From assembly GCA_051530055.1 (NCBI GenBank), contig CM121343.1, forward strand, positions 6,728,389-6,792,388: a stretch of DNA of 64,000 nucleotides. Reading direction: 5' to 3'. A model generated the notes under the pieces. That model made no database searches and was not told the origin of the DNA. It saw nothing but the letters and a program-made list of their open reading frames with translations. Positions 21,768 to 36,886 of this stretch are shown one piece after another; positions within the stretch are counted from its first letter, which is position 1, and each line of letters starts with the position of its first letter. The translations under genes and the position numbers were made by a program. Origin of the DNA: Neoechinorhynchus agilis. Taxonomy: Eukaryota; Animalia; Acanthocephala.

Positions 21768-22736
21768 AATATTGGTTAAGTTAAAAAAAATCAACCTTGT
21801 GAATGAGAGATATTGTCGAGTTCCAAAAAAAAATATCAGCCGTTCGCGCCGCCGCCGCCGCCGTGGCGTCGATGCTCGTTCGTAGCGCAATGGAGGAAAA
21901 AAGAATGCACGGGAAACAGCATTCATAACTGCACCCAAGGAACACATCTACAATCAATTCTGAATCTCTGTTTCAAACTCAGGATCCCGAGCAAAAACAC
22001 TCACTGAAATAAGTGAATTTGATTGGTCAAATTGTCCATTATCGCATTTAGGAGCGTGTAAATTAGAGAAACTCTCAACTTTGAAGAAGCAGTCACGTGA
22101 GCTCAACCGGTGACGTCACGTTATCTGGTTTTTAGATCGATAATCAATCTTGTTACGCCAACTTTGAAAATTGAAGTGTCTTTTTCACCGAAAGAAATTC
22201 CAATACTTGGATTGTTCACGGATGTAATCCAAGCGCTTTTGTGACTGTCACGTTACTGATCAATCATCCGTGCTGGTCCGAGGGTTCCATATCGATCATT
22301 TTCCAATAATGAACAATCGTATGTAATCATCGCGCCAACGTGATTTATATCACTTAGTTGAACTTTTGGAAATTTTAGTGGGCGAAAAAGTCAACATTTT
22401 ATTACGGCTCCCAGTGGATAATAATCACGGAAATGTAACCATTTTACCTAATTGTTATCGCTTTCTTTTTGAGTCAGAAAATTGAGCAAATAATCATTTG
22501 TGCCATAAGCCAAGCGGAAGTTAGGATAAAAAGCTCTCAACGTATCACCGTTCAAAAAACTTTGTAAATTGCATTTTTCACGAAAAAGTCGAGTGATTTA
22601 TTCTAGTTTTTTAATAGTTATACCACCCGGATTTAAATTAACTAACGAACAATACAATCCATGGGGAAAGTATCAGAATTAGCCCATATGAAATATCGAA
22701 CATAAATTAGTCAATTCGAATCCGGTATAACAACCA

Positions 22737-24737
22737 AAATGAGCCCTATCTCCCCGAAGATAATATTAAAATCATTTGTTGTTAATATTTACCTTTATTA
22801 TAATTTTTTAAATATTTTAGAGACGATCTCAATCCTTTTATTTCACTTTAGTTCGACGTACAAAACTCTCACGTTATTGAGAATGCCCGAGGATTGTTTA
22901 ATTTTGAGGATCTTACAACACCAAACTCACGATTGTGCGAAATGAGCCCCATTTCCCCGAAAATAATATTCTTTCAGTCATAAATGAAGTGATTTTGTTT
23001 ATTTTTAAGGCTAAAATCATTTGTTGTTGATATTTGCCTTTATTATAATTTTTTAAATATTTTAGAGACGATCTCAATCCTTTTATTTTACTTTAGTTCG
23101 ACGTACAAAACTCTCACGTTATTGAGAATGCCCGAGGATTGTTTAATTTTGAGGATCTTACAACACCAAACTCACGAGTGTGCGAAATGAGCCCCATTTC
23201 CCCGAAAATATATTCTTCATCATAAATGAAGTGATTTTGTTATTTTTAAGGCTAAAATCATTTGTTGTTATATTTGCCTATTATAATTTTTAAATATTTT
23301 AGAGACGATCTCAATCTTTATTTCACTTTAGTTCGACGTACAAAACTCTCACGTTATTAGAATGCCGAGATTGTTTAATTTGAGGATCTTACAACACCAA
23401 ACTCACGAGTGTGCGAAATGAGCCCCATTTCCCCGAAAATAATATTCGTTCAATCATAAATGAAGTGATTTTGTTTATTTTTAAGGCTAAAATCATTTGT
23501 TGTTGATATTTGCCTTTATTATAATTTTTTAAATATTTTAGAGACGATCTCAATCCTTTTATTTTACTTTAGTTCGACGTACAAAACTCTCACGTTATTG
23601 AGAATGCCCGAGGATTGTTTAATTTTGAGGATCTTACAACACCAAACTCACGAGTGTGCGAAATGAGCCCCATTTCCCCGAAAATAATATTCTTTCAATC
23701 ATAAATGAAGTGATTTTGTTTATTTTTAAGGCTAAAATCATTTGTTGTTGATATTTGCCTTTATTATAATTTTTTAAATATTTTAGAGACGATCTCAATC
23801 CTTTTATTTTACTTTAGTTCGACGTACAAAACTCTCACGTTATTTAGAATGCCAGAGGATTGTTCAATTTTGAGAATCTTACAACACCAAACTCACGAGT
23901 GTGCGAAATGAGCCCCATTTCCCCGAAAATAGTATTCGTTCAATCATAAATGAAGTGATTTTGTTTATTTTTAAGGCTAAAATCATTTGTTGTTGATATT
24001 TGCCTTTATTATAATTTTTTAAATATTTTAGAGACGATCTCAATCCTTTTATTTTACTTTAGTTCGACGTACAAAACTCTCACGTTATTGAGAATGCCCG
24101 AGGATTGTTTAATTTTGAGGATCTTACAACACCAAACTCACGAGTGTGCGAAATGAGCCCCATTTCCCCGAAAATAATATTCTTTCAGTCATAAATGAAG
24201 TGATTTTGTTTATTTTTAAGGCTAAAATCATTTGTTGTTAATATTTGCCTTTATTATAATTTTTTAAATATTTTAGAGACGATCTCAATCCTTTTATTTT
24301 ACTTTAGTTCGACGTACAAAACTCTCACGTTATTGAGAATGCCCGAGGATTGTTTAATTTTGAGGATCTTCCACCAAACTCACGAGTGTGCGAAATGAGC
24401 CCCATTTCCCGGAAAATAATATTCTTTCAGTCATAAATGAAGTGATTTTGTTTATTTTTAAGGCTAAAATCATTTGTTGCTAATATTTGCCTTTATTATA
24501 ATTTTTTAAATATTTTAGAGACGATCTCAATCCTTTTATTTCACTTTAGTTCGACGTACAAAACTCTCACGTTATTGAGAATGCCCGAGGATTGTTTTAA
24601 TCTTGGGGATCTTACAACACCAAACTCACGAGTGTGCGAAATGAGCCCCATTTCCCCGAAAATAATATTCGTTCAATCATAAATGAAGTGATATTGTTTA
24701 TTTTTAAGGCTAAAATCATTTGTTGCTAATATTTGCC
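22737..24737. repeat. 245 bp tandem array, ~8 copies, AT-rich
   Basis: aatgagcccc at 22941, 23186, 23417, 23662, 23907, 24152, 24394, 24640. Confidence 0.97.
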
Positions 24738-24997
24738 CCTGTGAAATTTTTTGGATACACCTTGCGTTTTATTTCGAATTGTTCGGCTTGAATTAAAGTT
24801 TACATTTCAAAAAAGTGAAACTTTTGAACAGTGACATTGAAGGCACTACTTCTAATCGTAATTTTGAGCCTTTCGAATGTCTATTTCAGATCTACAACAA
24901 ATTATCAACTTTGTTGTGCACCAACGATTTTCAACGGAGAGGAAATTTAAACCTTTTCACCAGAATATCTGCTCAATACCGTTCCATTGCTTTCATA

Positions 24998-27900
24998 ATG
25001 AATTGTTTTAGTGAAACCGCATTTACGACTAACGAAGAACGTCCATTGAACGAAAGCACCGATGATAATAAACCCAAGGTTAAACCTGCGATCCCTGACG
25101 ATGACACGTCCGTATCGGTTAAATTGCGATCGGCAAGTGATACTATACTTCGCGAAAAGGTGGAAAGTCTTACCAACGTAAGATTCTGGAGATCGGAAAC
25201 TGATGTAAGTGTAGATTTTTCAAATTATGACTATGGACTTGCGACGGGAGGTGGTGGAACTTGTGATCAAGAAGATAACTGTACACCGGTTGAACCAGCT
25301 GCTAACTCCTGTCCTCCGAAAACCCGATTAAAGAATGCTGACAGGGTTTCAATGAGGTCTTCGGTTAATGTAAGCACTTCAAGTTCCGCAAGTTACGCTG
25401 AAGGAGAAGAAGGGGATTACACAGATGATCGTGATGTTGAATCTACTGATCTCGTGCCAATAAAGAATGACAGTCAATGCCCGGCAGTCCCAGAAAGCGG
25501 TAACCGGCGCTCCTCTCGTGTATTGATAGATTCTGGTCATCAGCGTTGCTATCGTGTAACGCTGGCACGTCGCCATCACCAGTACCATCGGCCAAAGGAT
25601 GACGATGATGATGATTACGATCAATTTGAGGATGAGTCAGAAGCGAAGCAATCATCGAATGGTAGATATATCCGCCTTGAAGAAATTGGACGTGGTGCAT
25701 TTAAGACCGTGTATAAAGGTCTGGATTCAAAGGATGGTATTGCAGTGGCTTGGTGTGAATTGCAAGATGTATATAACAAAAGCGAAAGATCTCGTTTCAG
25801 AGAAGAAATTCGGGTTCTCAAAGAGTTGCATCATCAAAATATTGTTCGATTCTTTGATTATTGGCTTTATAAGACGAGTACTAGAAGAATTATAGTGTTG
25901 GTTACCGAGCTAATGACTAGTGGCTCACTTAAGACTTATTCGAAAAACTTCAAAAACGAACTTAATCCCAAAAAGGTCAGAATCATTCGCAATTGGTGCC
26001 GTCAAATTCTTCAAGGACTTTCATACATGCATACCCGGGATCCACCAATCATCCATCGGGATTTAAAATGTGACAATATATTTATTACGGGAACGACTGG
26101 CACTGTAAAAATTGGTGATTTGGGTTTGGCAATTTTCAAGACGAATACTTTTGCAAAGAGTATGCGGGGTACTGTAGAATTCATGGCTCCTGAGATGTTC
26201 AAAGAAATGTACGATGAAATGGTCGATGTGTATTCATTTGGTCTTTGTGTAGTTGAACTAGCAACTGGCGAATATCCGTACACGGAATGTAAATTCCCGT
26301 CTGCCGTGATGCGAAAGGTGATGAATGGTATCAAACCTAACTGTTTTTTCAAAATACGAAATGATAGTATGCGGGAGATGATAAATTGCTGTATACGAAG
26401 GCGAAAATCAGAACGTCTATCAGCTGAAAGATTGCTGAAGCACAGTTTCTTTCTTGAAACTGATGGAGTTTCAGTTTCAGTCACATCTCCTCAAGGAGCA
26501 GCTTCCATTGGATGCTTAGGAAGTTCTCTAGCTAGCACATTGATGAGTCCGCAAAATGCAGAATCACCGGATACTACAGTGAGTCGCGCACGGAGACTTG
26601 AACGTCTCTCAATGCTCTATTCAATGCCTGAAACTATTGAATTCACAGTTAAATTTCAACCGGAGCACAGGAAATTAGCTGAAAAGCAAGATGAAGAAGA
26701 TTTCAAATTCGAATTTAACACAAAACACGATACACAATTATCAGTTGTAGAGGATCTTGTTGAAAAACACTTGATATCTTCTACTGATTCGGAATATGTC
26801 GCACAGTGCATCGAAGATCGATTGCGTGAAATCCACTTTCATTGCATATATCCGATGCCAAGGACCATTAAGGACAAAAGCCATCCTAGTATCTGTAATG
26901 AAATATCTTCATCCTTCTCACAAGATGGAAACTTGTGTTCTGATGAGTTCACAAATGCTGATTTTAGTAGTATTGGCAACACTGTCGACGACGATGATGA
27001 TTATCTTCATTGCTCAAAACATGTGACTTCAGCGGATTCGATAGAAGAAATAAATGATCCTATTTGCAATGATGACGATTCGATAGCAGTACGTGAAACC
27101 ATTGACCAGATTTTGAACGAAGTTGACGATGTTTATCGCATCGCCTCACAAAATGCAAAACAATTCGACGAAGAACGATCCATGGAACACATTGGAATGG
27201 TAACCCATCAGACGGTATCAACGAATTTAGTCGTTAACATGATATCCAGTGGCACTAGCACCGCTAAACTTACCGAAGTGCCTGCTGTTATTCAGAATTC
27301 GAGCGTTTCCGTATTCGAGCAATGTGAATGTCCGAGCATCCCAAGCACCGATCCCAAAACAATGACAAAACCAGGAATATTGAAAAAAAGTTCAGTGCAG
27401 CTTCAACGATCTTCACTTGATTTAGTCACCAATATTCCACCTATCGATGTTAACCAATCATATGGTGTAGAATCAAACCTATGCGATTCGACTTTTCCAT
27501 CGCTTGATAAAATTGAGATGGATAGCATTGACGATGGTAAGCATACGAATTATCCTTCTAGACTATTCCTTCCCTTACACATTTCCCCCATTCCATAACA
27601 CACAAGTACGTCCATATATTGAAATGATTTACTTTTGCCATTTATGTTCACGTTTTCTTTGTAGATATGGATCAATCACAACAGCAAACCATTAATGACC
27701 AATGTGTGCCGTTAGATCAGCAAAATTCGCACCCTCCACAGGAAAGGTCGGAATTCAGAACCGGGAGGTTCAACGTAGTCAGTGTAGATCAGGGTCACTC
27801 GCTGCCTAGCCCTCCGTGCCCAAGTACGGATGCACTTTCTGCAACTCATGAAGCAACTGCCACCGATAATTTGCCATTGACGCAAAATACAAGCGATCAA

Positions 27901-30900
27901 GTGGTCAGCGACGTGAAAATCGGCAGCTTATCTGACTCGACCATCGCTAAGTAAGTGGCCGGGGGACGCGTTCAACGCTGACTTCGGACCCCTTTATATC
28001 ACCTGCAGTAGTGAGTCACAACAGCGCCGCGACAGTAACTTAAACGAATTCAATCAAGAAACGGGCTCCACCAGCATGGACGATCATCCGTTTTCTGGAT
28101 CACTACTACGCATTTTGCGTGTCGAAAACGATCATTTAATGCGATGTCGACTTGAAATCCAGGACTTATTTATCGAGTTCAATCTCCATTATGATCCCTT
28201 TGACATAGACGTCTTAGCCGTAATTTTGAATTCTTTATTAGTAAAACATTGGCCGTTGGGTCTTGCCAATCAACACAAAGATGCATTAGTTATTAGTTGT
28301 ATTTCTTGCTTGCAGAATATTATTAAAGATCTTAGCAGTTATTTGATCCTAATTAAAAAGACTCAAGACGATGAAGATGTCGCCGCTGCGAATCAAATCT
28401 TAGAAGCTATATATCAGCGCGTCTATTATCTACCATCCAACTTATGCTCTGCTGGTATTCAAATTATACCAACACTCTTTCAACGACCACAACAGATCGA
28501 TAATGGCGTAGAATGTGATTTATCCAACCAAGTGAAGACTTGTGATGCCACGTCTTATTGTATGAGTGAAGGAAGCAAATTAGAGTTGTCGGTAAATAAA
28601 AAAGTGGAACCGGTTGCTACTTCTGAAGAGAAGCAAATTAAAGTTGGAAAACAAATTCATGCAACAGTCAGAAAAGTGCAATCGAAAGCTGCTAAGAAGT
28701 TTGAAAAAAATTTAAAGGTGTTTGATGAAAATCTTAGGAAAGTCCTAATGGAACAAATCGAACCCGTACAGGATATTGTGTGTTTGACTCAAACCGCCGT
28801 AGAAGAGCTGAACGCAAGATCCGATTTACAAGGTGATCCAACCACTTTGGCGGCGCAGAAAGCTATGAGTATTGTGATCATTGAACAAAGTAATTGTTCC
28901 ACGGGTAATGCGGATACTTTGCGAATCACTGACAAGCGCGAAGAAATTTCATATGAACAAAACATCGCATCTACGCTCGAGTCGACTAATTTACAGTGTC
29001 AGCATTTGGCAAGAAGTCCTGTGCCGCGATTGGATGATGATCAACAGTCTTGTACTTATTCCGTGAAAACCCCTCAAACGACCATTGCGTCTAACGAAAT
29101 GGCTCATTTGTTGCAAACAGTCTCGGAAGATAATGTAAATTGCCCAGATTTAAGAACCAATGATTGCCCGTCGCTCACTGCTCGCGTTGAGCAATCGATA
29201 AGCGTTCCATCAGACATTAAAGAACCCCCAAATGCCTCCACGAATAGTCAAATAAATGCTGAGAAAATATCGTCTAATGTACAATCTTTAAACGTGAACA
29301 TTCAAACTGCATCTTCCAGAGGTACCGACGAAGATGCTCAAGTTACCTTCGACGGACCATTGCCTCCAACAGATTTCCAAGAGTCGTTACGAGTTGATTG
29401 TGCAAAAGTTCAAAACGATGACAAAATTGATTTTTCAGAAAGCAAAAGTTCGGAGTCACAACATGTCAAAACCCCGCAGAACCGTCCGCATCCGACTGAG
29501 GTAAAGGCTGAATACTTGAACAGTGAAATAGTCGACCATACATGGATTCATGATAAATGTGCGACTAATAGCCCGGGAATGCCTACCAGTTCTTATATGT
29601 CACCTTCAAAAGAAGTTACAAGGACAGATTCTATAAAAAATCCGGCAGATCACTTAATTAATCCTATCGAATGCTCAACCAAAACAAGCATACAGGAAAA
29701 CGGTGATGGATTCAGTATGCATGAATACGTAGCCGGTCAAAATGGTTCCATTGGTTCTCATATCAATACCATTAATATGACCACGGATTCACCATTACTT
29801 CATGGACAATCTTTAAAGATTTCATATGTACAGGCGGCGGTTCAAACGGGGTGTATTCAAAAGTCTAATGAACGGATAGCAGCCCGTAACATTGGATCAC
29901 ATATCCCGACCGAAGCTCAGTCTAGTAAACAAGCGCAAGGCAGTGAAAATGAAGTTCTTCGGTCAAATAGACGTTTCGTTTCGACCGAAACGCAAACTCA
30001 AATCGTTCATATAGATTGTACGGACCAATTTGCGGAGTGCACCGAGAAAAAACATACTCCGATTGAGCTTCGAACTACGAATCAAGCGCAAATCACTACT
30101 TCGAAAACGTCCGTGCCTGTGGATATCAGTTTATATGATTGTAACGATTTGCCGACTGAAACCCATGTACAGTATAATTCTTTACCTCAGTTAACTAATA
30201 GTTCAGCAGAAGCTTCTGAAATCCATCCGCGAACTAATCGGCTCCCTATTGAGTCTATTTTGAGCATAGGTAAAATTCATCAGAAGCAACATAAAATGGA
30301 AACAATGCATAGTGGTGGAAATGCTGAAAGTATCGATGATGATATTAATAAATTAAAAAATAAAGTGAACACTAGAAGATTAGAAGTTGTGGGTAATCAA
30401 TCACCACTTTCAGGAATACACTCGATCGACAGCGCCAAAAAGTTTGAAACTAACATAGTCATATCCAATAATGAGTTTGTTCCCGATGTGTCACGTCCAT
30501 CTTCAATTATGGTTCCGATAACTAAAGACTTTACGAAAGGTCACGTTTCGAGAAATTCGTTGGCCGACATGGTAGATAACGTTACAGAGGATCGATCAAA
30601 TTCTCAATGTATTCCTATCGATATTCAAGTGGCGGAATATTCTCCGGAGCGATTGCGCGACGATGCGCGGAGTTCACCATTTTCAAGTCAAATGAATAGA
30701 ATATCCACTGTGAGTGATTCCTCATGCAATTGTTTGGGAACAAGACCGCCGAGCGTCTCTGAATTATCGAACGTTCAATTCAAATCGACAGGGTCTGAAA
30801 GAGTATCCGGTTCCAGGGATACTCACTGTAAAGATAGAAAGGAACCTCTGTTGCGTAATGACGGCGTCCAGGCTGTGTCGTTTGAGAAAGATGACTTTAA

Positions 30901-33900
30901 CGCGTTTCCGATTTTAATCAAGCCACAACCGAGGGTCATCGACAGCAGCAACAACCGCCTTCAATACATAAAGGATGAGTCTGATTGCTTCAATGGTAGA
31001 TCACGTTCAGTTCAAACTCAATGCCCAGACTTAACAGAGACCTTACCGCTGAATATCATTAGAATTAGTCAATATGGAAGTCAAGTCGCTTCCGAACCAG
31101 AGCAACACTTTGTTGTATCGTCAATTGAACACGTGAGTAATATTCGAGATGCTCCGTGCATTACCCACAATACACAAGATTTGAACTTCGAACCCACATT
31201 TGCTAAATATCGGGCATCGTGGGTCTCAAATGCACCTGACTCGAATTTTCCTGTAGAGGCTCCAGTGGATCCTGCCACGTATGATCTTGAGGATCCGCGG
31301 TTGGAAAGAGAGGAAATCAACTTAAACACTCATCCTTGCTCACTAGCGAATCAAGAATCACCGATTGTTCAGTTGTCAACTGAGATCGATGGTATTTCAT
31401 GTTCAAATCAATCTTCACATTGGACAGAAACCCATCTTCGTCCACTTGAATCACAAGGAATCCAATTGCCAGTGGTGTATCTAAAAGACGAAACCAAAAA
31501 TACGGAGGCAACTAAATTTAGTGATCAAGATGTTCTAAGAGCGTCTTTCTTAAATCAATCAATAAAGAATGATATAATTGCTCACCACCAAGCATCCAGA
31601 CCCTGTTGCTTCCATGCTACACATCATAGTGAAAAAGACCACAACGTAAGACAGGAAAAGCATCCACTTGGTATACAAAGCATACATATGAACAATGGGA
31701 TGAGCAATGATTCCCGTGAACTAGAGTCATTGCCACCAATAATCAGCAGTGAAAGTGCTGATTATATTGGTAAATTAGGACATGGATTAGAGCGCAATAT
31801 GAACGTCGTCGGACAGACTGGAGTTGGCGATCAATACATTATGTCTGAACGCGGAATCGCTCAAAAGTTCGGAACAATAACTCACAGCGATCGTGACAGT
31901 CATTGTGTTAGAAGGCAAGCTCAAACTTTGAAAGTTCCGTCCATTACGCTACAGCATTGTATGGCTCAGCAGATTCCATTCAACTATGGAAGATCTAATG
32001 AGCGTGGAAGCGAAAGTTGTGCACAAAGTGAACATGAGTTGCCGCCGATTTCGTCTTTGACTTTTAACGATCGAGTGAATAAACCGTTCTTGTCCACTAA
32101 CCCATTGTCGACGGCCGTTATCTACTCTTACTCAGGCTGCTCCAGTGAAGTTAATACATGCTCCCATAATCACATCTTACCGAATTATATACGAAGATTA
32201 CCATGTCTAAGCACCGGTCGTGAAAATAGTGCTTTCCATTCTGTGGGTCATAGAATCGGATCTAACCTTACTACTCCAAACCTGAACCCAACTGGGCCTT
32301 TTGATTGTCAAGCGTGCCAAAATTATTCGGATCAACCGATTTTGGATGACTCAGAAAATGAAGTTGGTATGTGTTCCGAGAAGAAGATGAAATTTACGCT
32401 TTCCAAATCACAACAGTCTGTGCCGTGTGCAACTCAGTATCTAAACACTCGCAATACCCATCAAAATAGAAGCTTAGAATCTTGCCCATGTGTATTGGAC
32501 AAAAATGAGTTTTCACGAAATCCGTTCGTTGTGCCGACCGGCGAAAAATCCGACTTCCAATTAGTGTTCCATAACACGTATCCGTTTGATAAGGACCTGA
32601 TTCCTGGAAAGAACAATGAACCGGTAGCTCGGTTTTCGACATTAAAACGATGCCCATCGAATAATCGTGAAGATTGTTTCGAGGAAAAGCAATACAGTAA
32701 AAACGATTCCGAAAGCAGGGCTGCGTCGATTCAATTTATTGGTACCGAGAAACAAATAAGCGATCAACTTACACGTGATAAGCCGTTAGTTAACGTCGAC
32801 GGTACATTTGAAAAATACGTAGCACCAAAGTGTTCAATGTCACGTTCGAATTGTAACGTGAGTGCTTGTAGTGTTTGTCAACACTTTGGCCACCAGGATA
32901 CTGGATGCAGTAAGCACGGTGGACACTTAGCATTTATACCCGTGTTTATTCCGTTTACTGAGACGGGTTCTAATTCAAACGTTATCCTCACGGAATGGCC
33001 TGAGTTAAGAAGCGTTTATTTACCGACGGATCAAGTACGAGACCGGCTGGCTGGAAGCAGTGAAGAAATAAAAGCAGAAAGTGATTTAAAGGTTCATTTG
33101 CTTACTCACAAACTTAGACACCGCGATGAGAAATTGGGATCTAATAACGTTAATACTCAGTTTGTTTGTCGCTGCAAAGGCAACGAGGAAGATCGATGTG
33201 CCCGTTCTGTTCCACGAACAATTCATCTAGTGGATAATGAAATTATACTAGATGAAGACACGTCGCGAGCAATTGATCATCCCTTAATCAGACCTATGAA
33301 TCCGGATGCTGCTGCAGACGAGCAGTTATATTCGCAAATTTCGACTAAACGTGATACCGCGAGTAAAATAAACGGTTCAACTTGCGCTAACAAATACGTA
33401 GATAAAGGAACGTCTCCCTACGAATACACCTCAAATGGAACACCATTGGACGTTGCGGATAATTTAAATCCGAATTCTAATGACATGGAAAACTTTACTT
33501 CCTCCTTCGAACCAACGGAATCACATAAGCTAACGTCGTCATCTCTAATGAACACCTTGATTCCGAAAAACGAAGATGCTCTCCAACTTGTTAACCGAAA
33601 AATAAGTGAACCACAAAGTACTGAGTTGTTACACTGGGATGCTGAAGCTAATAGCGTGAACGATAAAGCAGTAGGGACATCGGATGAATTACCAGTTCAA
33701 CAAAAGGCTCAATTAACCCACGTTCCTCCGAAACAAATTGCGACCGATTGTCAATTTACGCAAACGGACCTCGAATGGACACCAGTTCAAAGTCAACAGG
33801 ACGGGAACTGTTCACTTGGTAGACAACGGAAGTTCGTCAATGTACCACCACACATCGATGCAAACGAACAACCTGAACGTCCATCTGGCCGTTTCGTTCA

Positions 33901-35702
33901 AACAGACGATTACTTATCCGAATCTAGCGAGCATGGTTTATTAAAAAGGCAGATCGAATTGACGAGACAACTCCCAATACTTTCAACTGATGAATTTTCA
34001 AGGCGTAATTCAGAAGATGTACACCTAATGATGGCTCCAACATTGAGGTGTTCCGCTTGTCGGAGTACAAATTGTGATGATCATTTCACTGACCAACATT
34101 CGATAGATAATGCCGTGATTCCATTTGTGAGCACAAGTATTGAAAATGTGACGGGCGCTTAGGATCATAACTTCGTCATAGCTTCATGGCCTCCCCTGTA
34201 TTGATTTTTAATATCTTTTTTCATTGGGTAAATTACGTCCAAATGGAAGCCGCTATCTCTGGAAAGTTTAAATTCAGCTGAATGCTAATAGGCATTTTCT
34301 GCTTATTGTAGAAGCTATTAAAGTTTAATTAATCGTTAATCGTGAGAATTCCCGTGTGAAGCATGATAAAGAATAGAAAACTTGATTTATTGTTGTTTTT
34401 TTGCCAATAGAGTTCTATCACGAAACGATACTTGTGCCGCATATGTTACTGTTACCTTCGGAACCTAAGCAGGAGGATACGCAAAGATCATCGGTAGTAA
34501 ATTGTCCGTTATCTATAGATAAACAAACGTCAATTGATTGCGATCTCCATAGAGCACCACTACAACCATTAATGTGGCAGCAATGGTTAAATGTACACCG
34601 ATCATCTGATTCAGGAATGGGAATCTCCACGCGTGGTCATCATCATGGCTGTACTAGCGAAATAATTGATCATCCGATAGATCGCACGATTCTACAGCAT
34701 TCATCGAAACCGGTCGATACTGATAACCGCGGTGAACGCTTGGTACGCTGCGCTGAACATCTATCCGAGGTTGCTGATAGACTCATTAACTTTCTAATAA
34801 GCAACAAAGACGTTCCTGTTGATTCAACAGCTTCAACTGGCTACCCATTGGTCGATCGAGGAGTACTGGCTAAAAATGAGCATCATTGTCTCAGTTCTAA
34901 TAATACCAAACATGTACAAACCGACAATAATGAGCAATCAATGATTCATGTTAGCTCAATTGAGAATTCGACCCAAACTCATGTACCATCAAGTGATGGA
35001 GCATTTAAAAGATACGAGTGTCCGCCGCTCAAGGAACCGTTTTTGGTGAAATGTCGGCAATGTTGTGGTAACCGTGAACGCGTTCGGTATTCATTACAGT
35101 TCTCACCTCAACCAGTGCACGATTATGGAGGCGGCATGGATGAACCGTTGCATCACGTTCGTACTCATAGGAATGCGAATCATTTAATGAGCGGATTATG
35201 TCAAACGCAAGACTTTGATTATGCCCGAGAAGCGAATCTCCCGGACTCATTGGACATTTTGCCTAATAAACCACCGATCAGGATTCTAAAATGTCTCGAG
35301 CAGCCGCCACCTGCCGATACACATATTAGACCACTCTCAGAACCCACCTACGTACGGGATCGTCGTAGATCGGACTCGAGAATTGGTCGGTGTGAGTCTA
35401 ATGTATGCTTCGATCATTCTGGCTGCAATCACAGAAGGCACCCAAGCAGACATTTCCTGCAACGATTGAAGAAAAGAAGCGAAAATGCGCATCCACTCAG
35501 TGGTTTAAGAACAACGGCACTACCAAACGCAACCGTCGTCGCCGTTCGGAATTGCGAACCTGTTGCTTCATTTAAACCGCCTATAGTCAAAGGAAAAGAA
35601 ATTTGTAATCAAGGAAAAAGAGTCAACCCTTACAGCGCCGCTGCAATGCATACTAAGTCAAATATTACTCATGATGACAGATATGGCGAAGATGTAGTTT
35701 GA
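24998..35702 (+). CDS. WNK: WNK serine/threonine kinase; exons 24998-27536, 27665-27950, 28009-34136, 34411-35702 (3,414 aa)
   Basis: IGRGAFKTVYKG (subdomain I Lys), AWCELQ, HRDLKCDNIF, KIGDLGLA; RFNV motif at ~27767; three phase-compatible GT-AG introns. The last junction and the start codon are less certain than the kinase call. Confidence 0.9.
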
Positions 35703-36226
35703 ATTTCGCTTTAAAGCAGTACCGAGATACTACGTCAGACTTTATTGTGAATACTATTGAATCGTATACCCCTGCCACTATTTAAAATATTCCGAATGCT
35801 TTGCATTTATCAGCAAAACGAAAAAGGGCGGGTTATCGATCTGTACATCAATCACATCACCAATAACGTGACTTTTACAACGAAAAAAAAATTTATAATT
35901 GGAAAATCGTTATAGCGTTTTTGATCCTTTGAATTTGCATTCGAGGTGTCTAAATCGCCTTAAAACCGATCAACGCCCGATTTAGCTACAGAGGTAAGAG
36001 TTTTAAGATCGCATTTCTTGAAAGAACAGCGGTCCGATAGGTACAGCACAACCGATGTTTCTGTGAGCAACTCAAGATATTTTCATTCACAAAAACATCC
36101 CACTCATCCATGGCCCCAAATAAATTTAGTAAATTGTTTTTACGAATTCTATCACACTTACATGATATATTCTTAAATACCAACACTGTTTTTATCAATC
36201 ATTTATTTTGACTTGTGGTGAATTGC

Positions 36227-36335
36227 TCGGCTAAAATTCTATTATTCGCGAAATATTTCGAAAGAGGAAACTTCGAATTTTTAAATATATGAGTTAGCCA
36301 AATATTTCGCGAATAATCAAATGATTTTTAACCGA
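36227..36335. repeat. Small inverted-repeat element (~32 bp arms)
   Basis: tcggctaaaatt-ct-attattcgcgaaatattt versus aaatatttcgcgaataat-caaatg-atttttaaccga. Confidence 0.65.
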
Positions 36336-36886
36336 ACGATGGATTTTCTCTCGATATGATTAATCATGTTATATTTCTAAACAAATTAAGGTTATTCATT
36401 TCAATTATCCTATCATCTGCGCCGATGATATTTTCTTATTTTGTGTGACTGGTTCTAAAGACCGTTTAATTAGCAAGATTTTAGGATATGTCAACGATTC
36501 ATTTTAGGGTCCTAAGGAAGCCAACTTAATAATTAATCTCAATAAAATATTTATTATTCCAAGATTGTTCTCACACATTTGGAACAAGTTTTGTTTTTAA
36601 ATGGACATTCAGCCGGGCTATTGCACCTTGAAAATAAAGTTTCGGTCGTCGATCAGCTTCTGTATTGAGATGGCAAACAAGATGGAAGGAAAAAAAGGCA
36701 ACTGGAGTCTTACTATCCCAACATTGAACCTCCATCCTACACAAGCTCGGGGCCGAAATCGGATTACTTCCCACGGACATGACGCACTCGGGCTTGTGTG
36801 TTGGAGCGAAATGGCACAGCATTGACACCCCCGAATAAATGCATCTTTAAAAAACATCGGCGGTCAAATGTAATTTATTTAAGAAA

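Noticed and set aside
22111-22118. TGACGTCA cAMP-response element (also at ~54224)
   Set aside because: An 8-mer alone, with no TSS evidence, is not enough to call a regulatory site.
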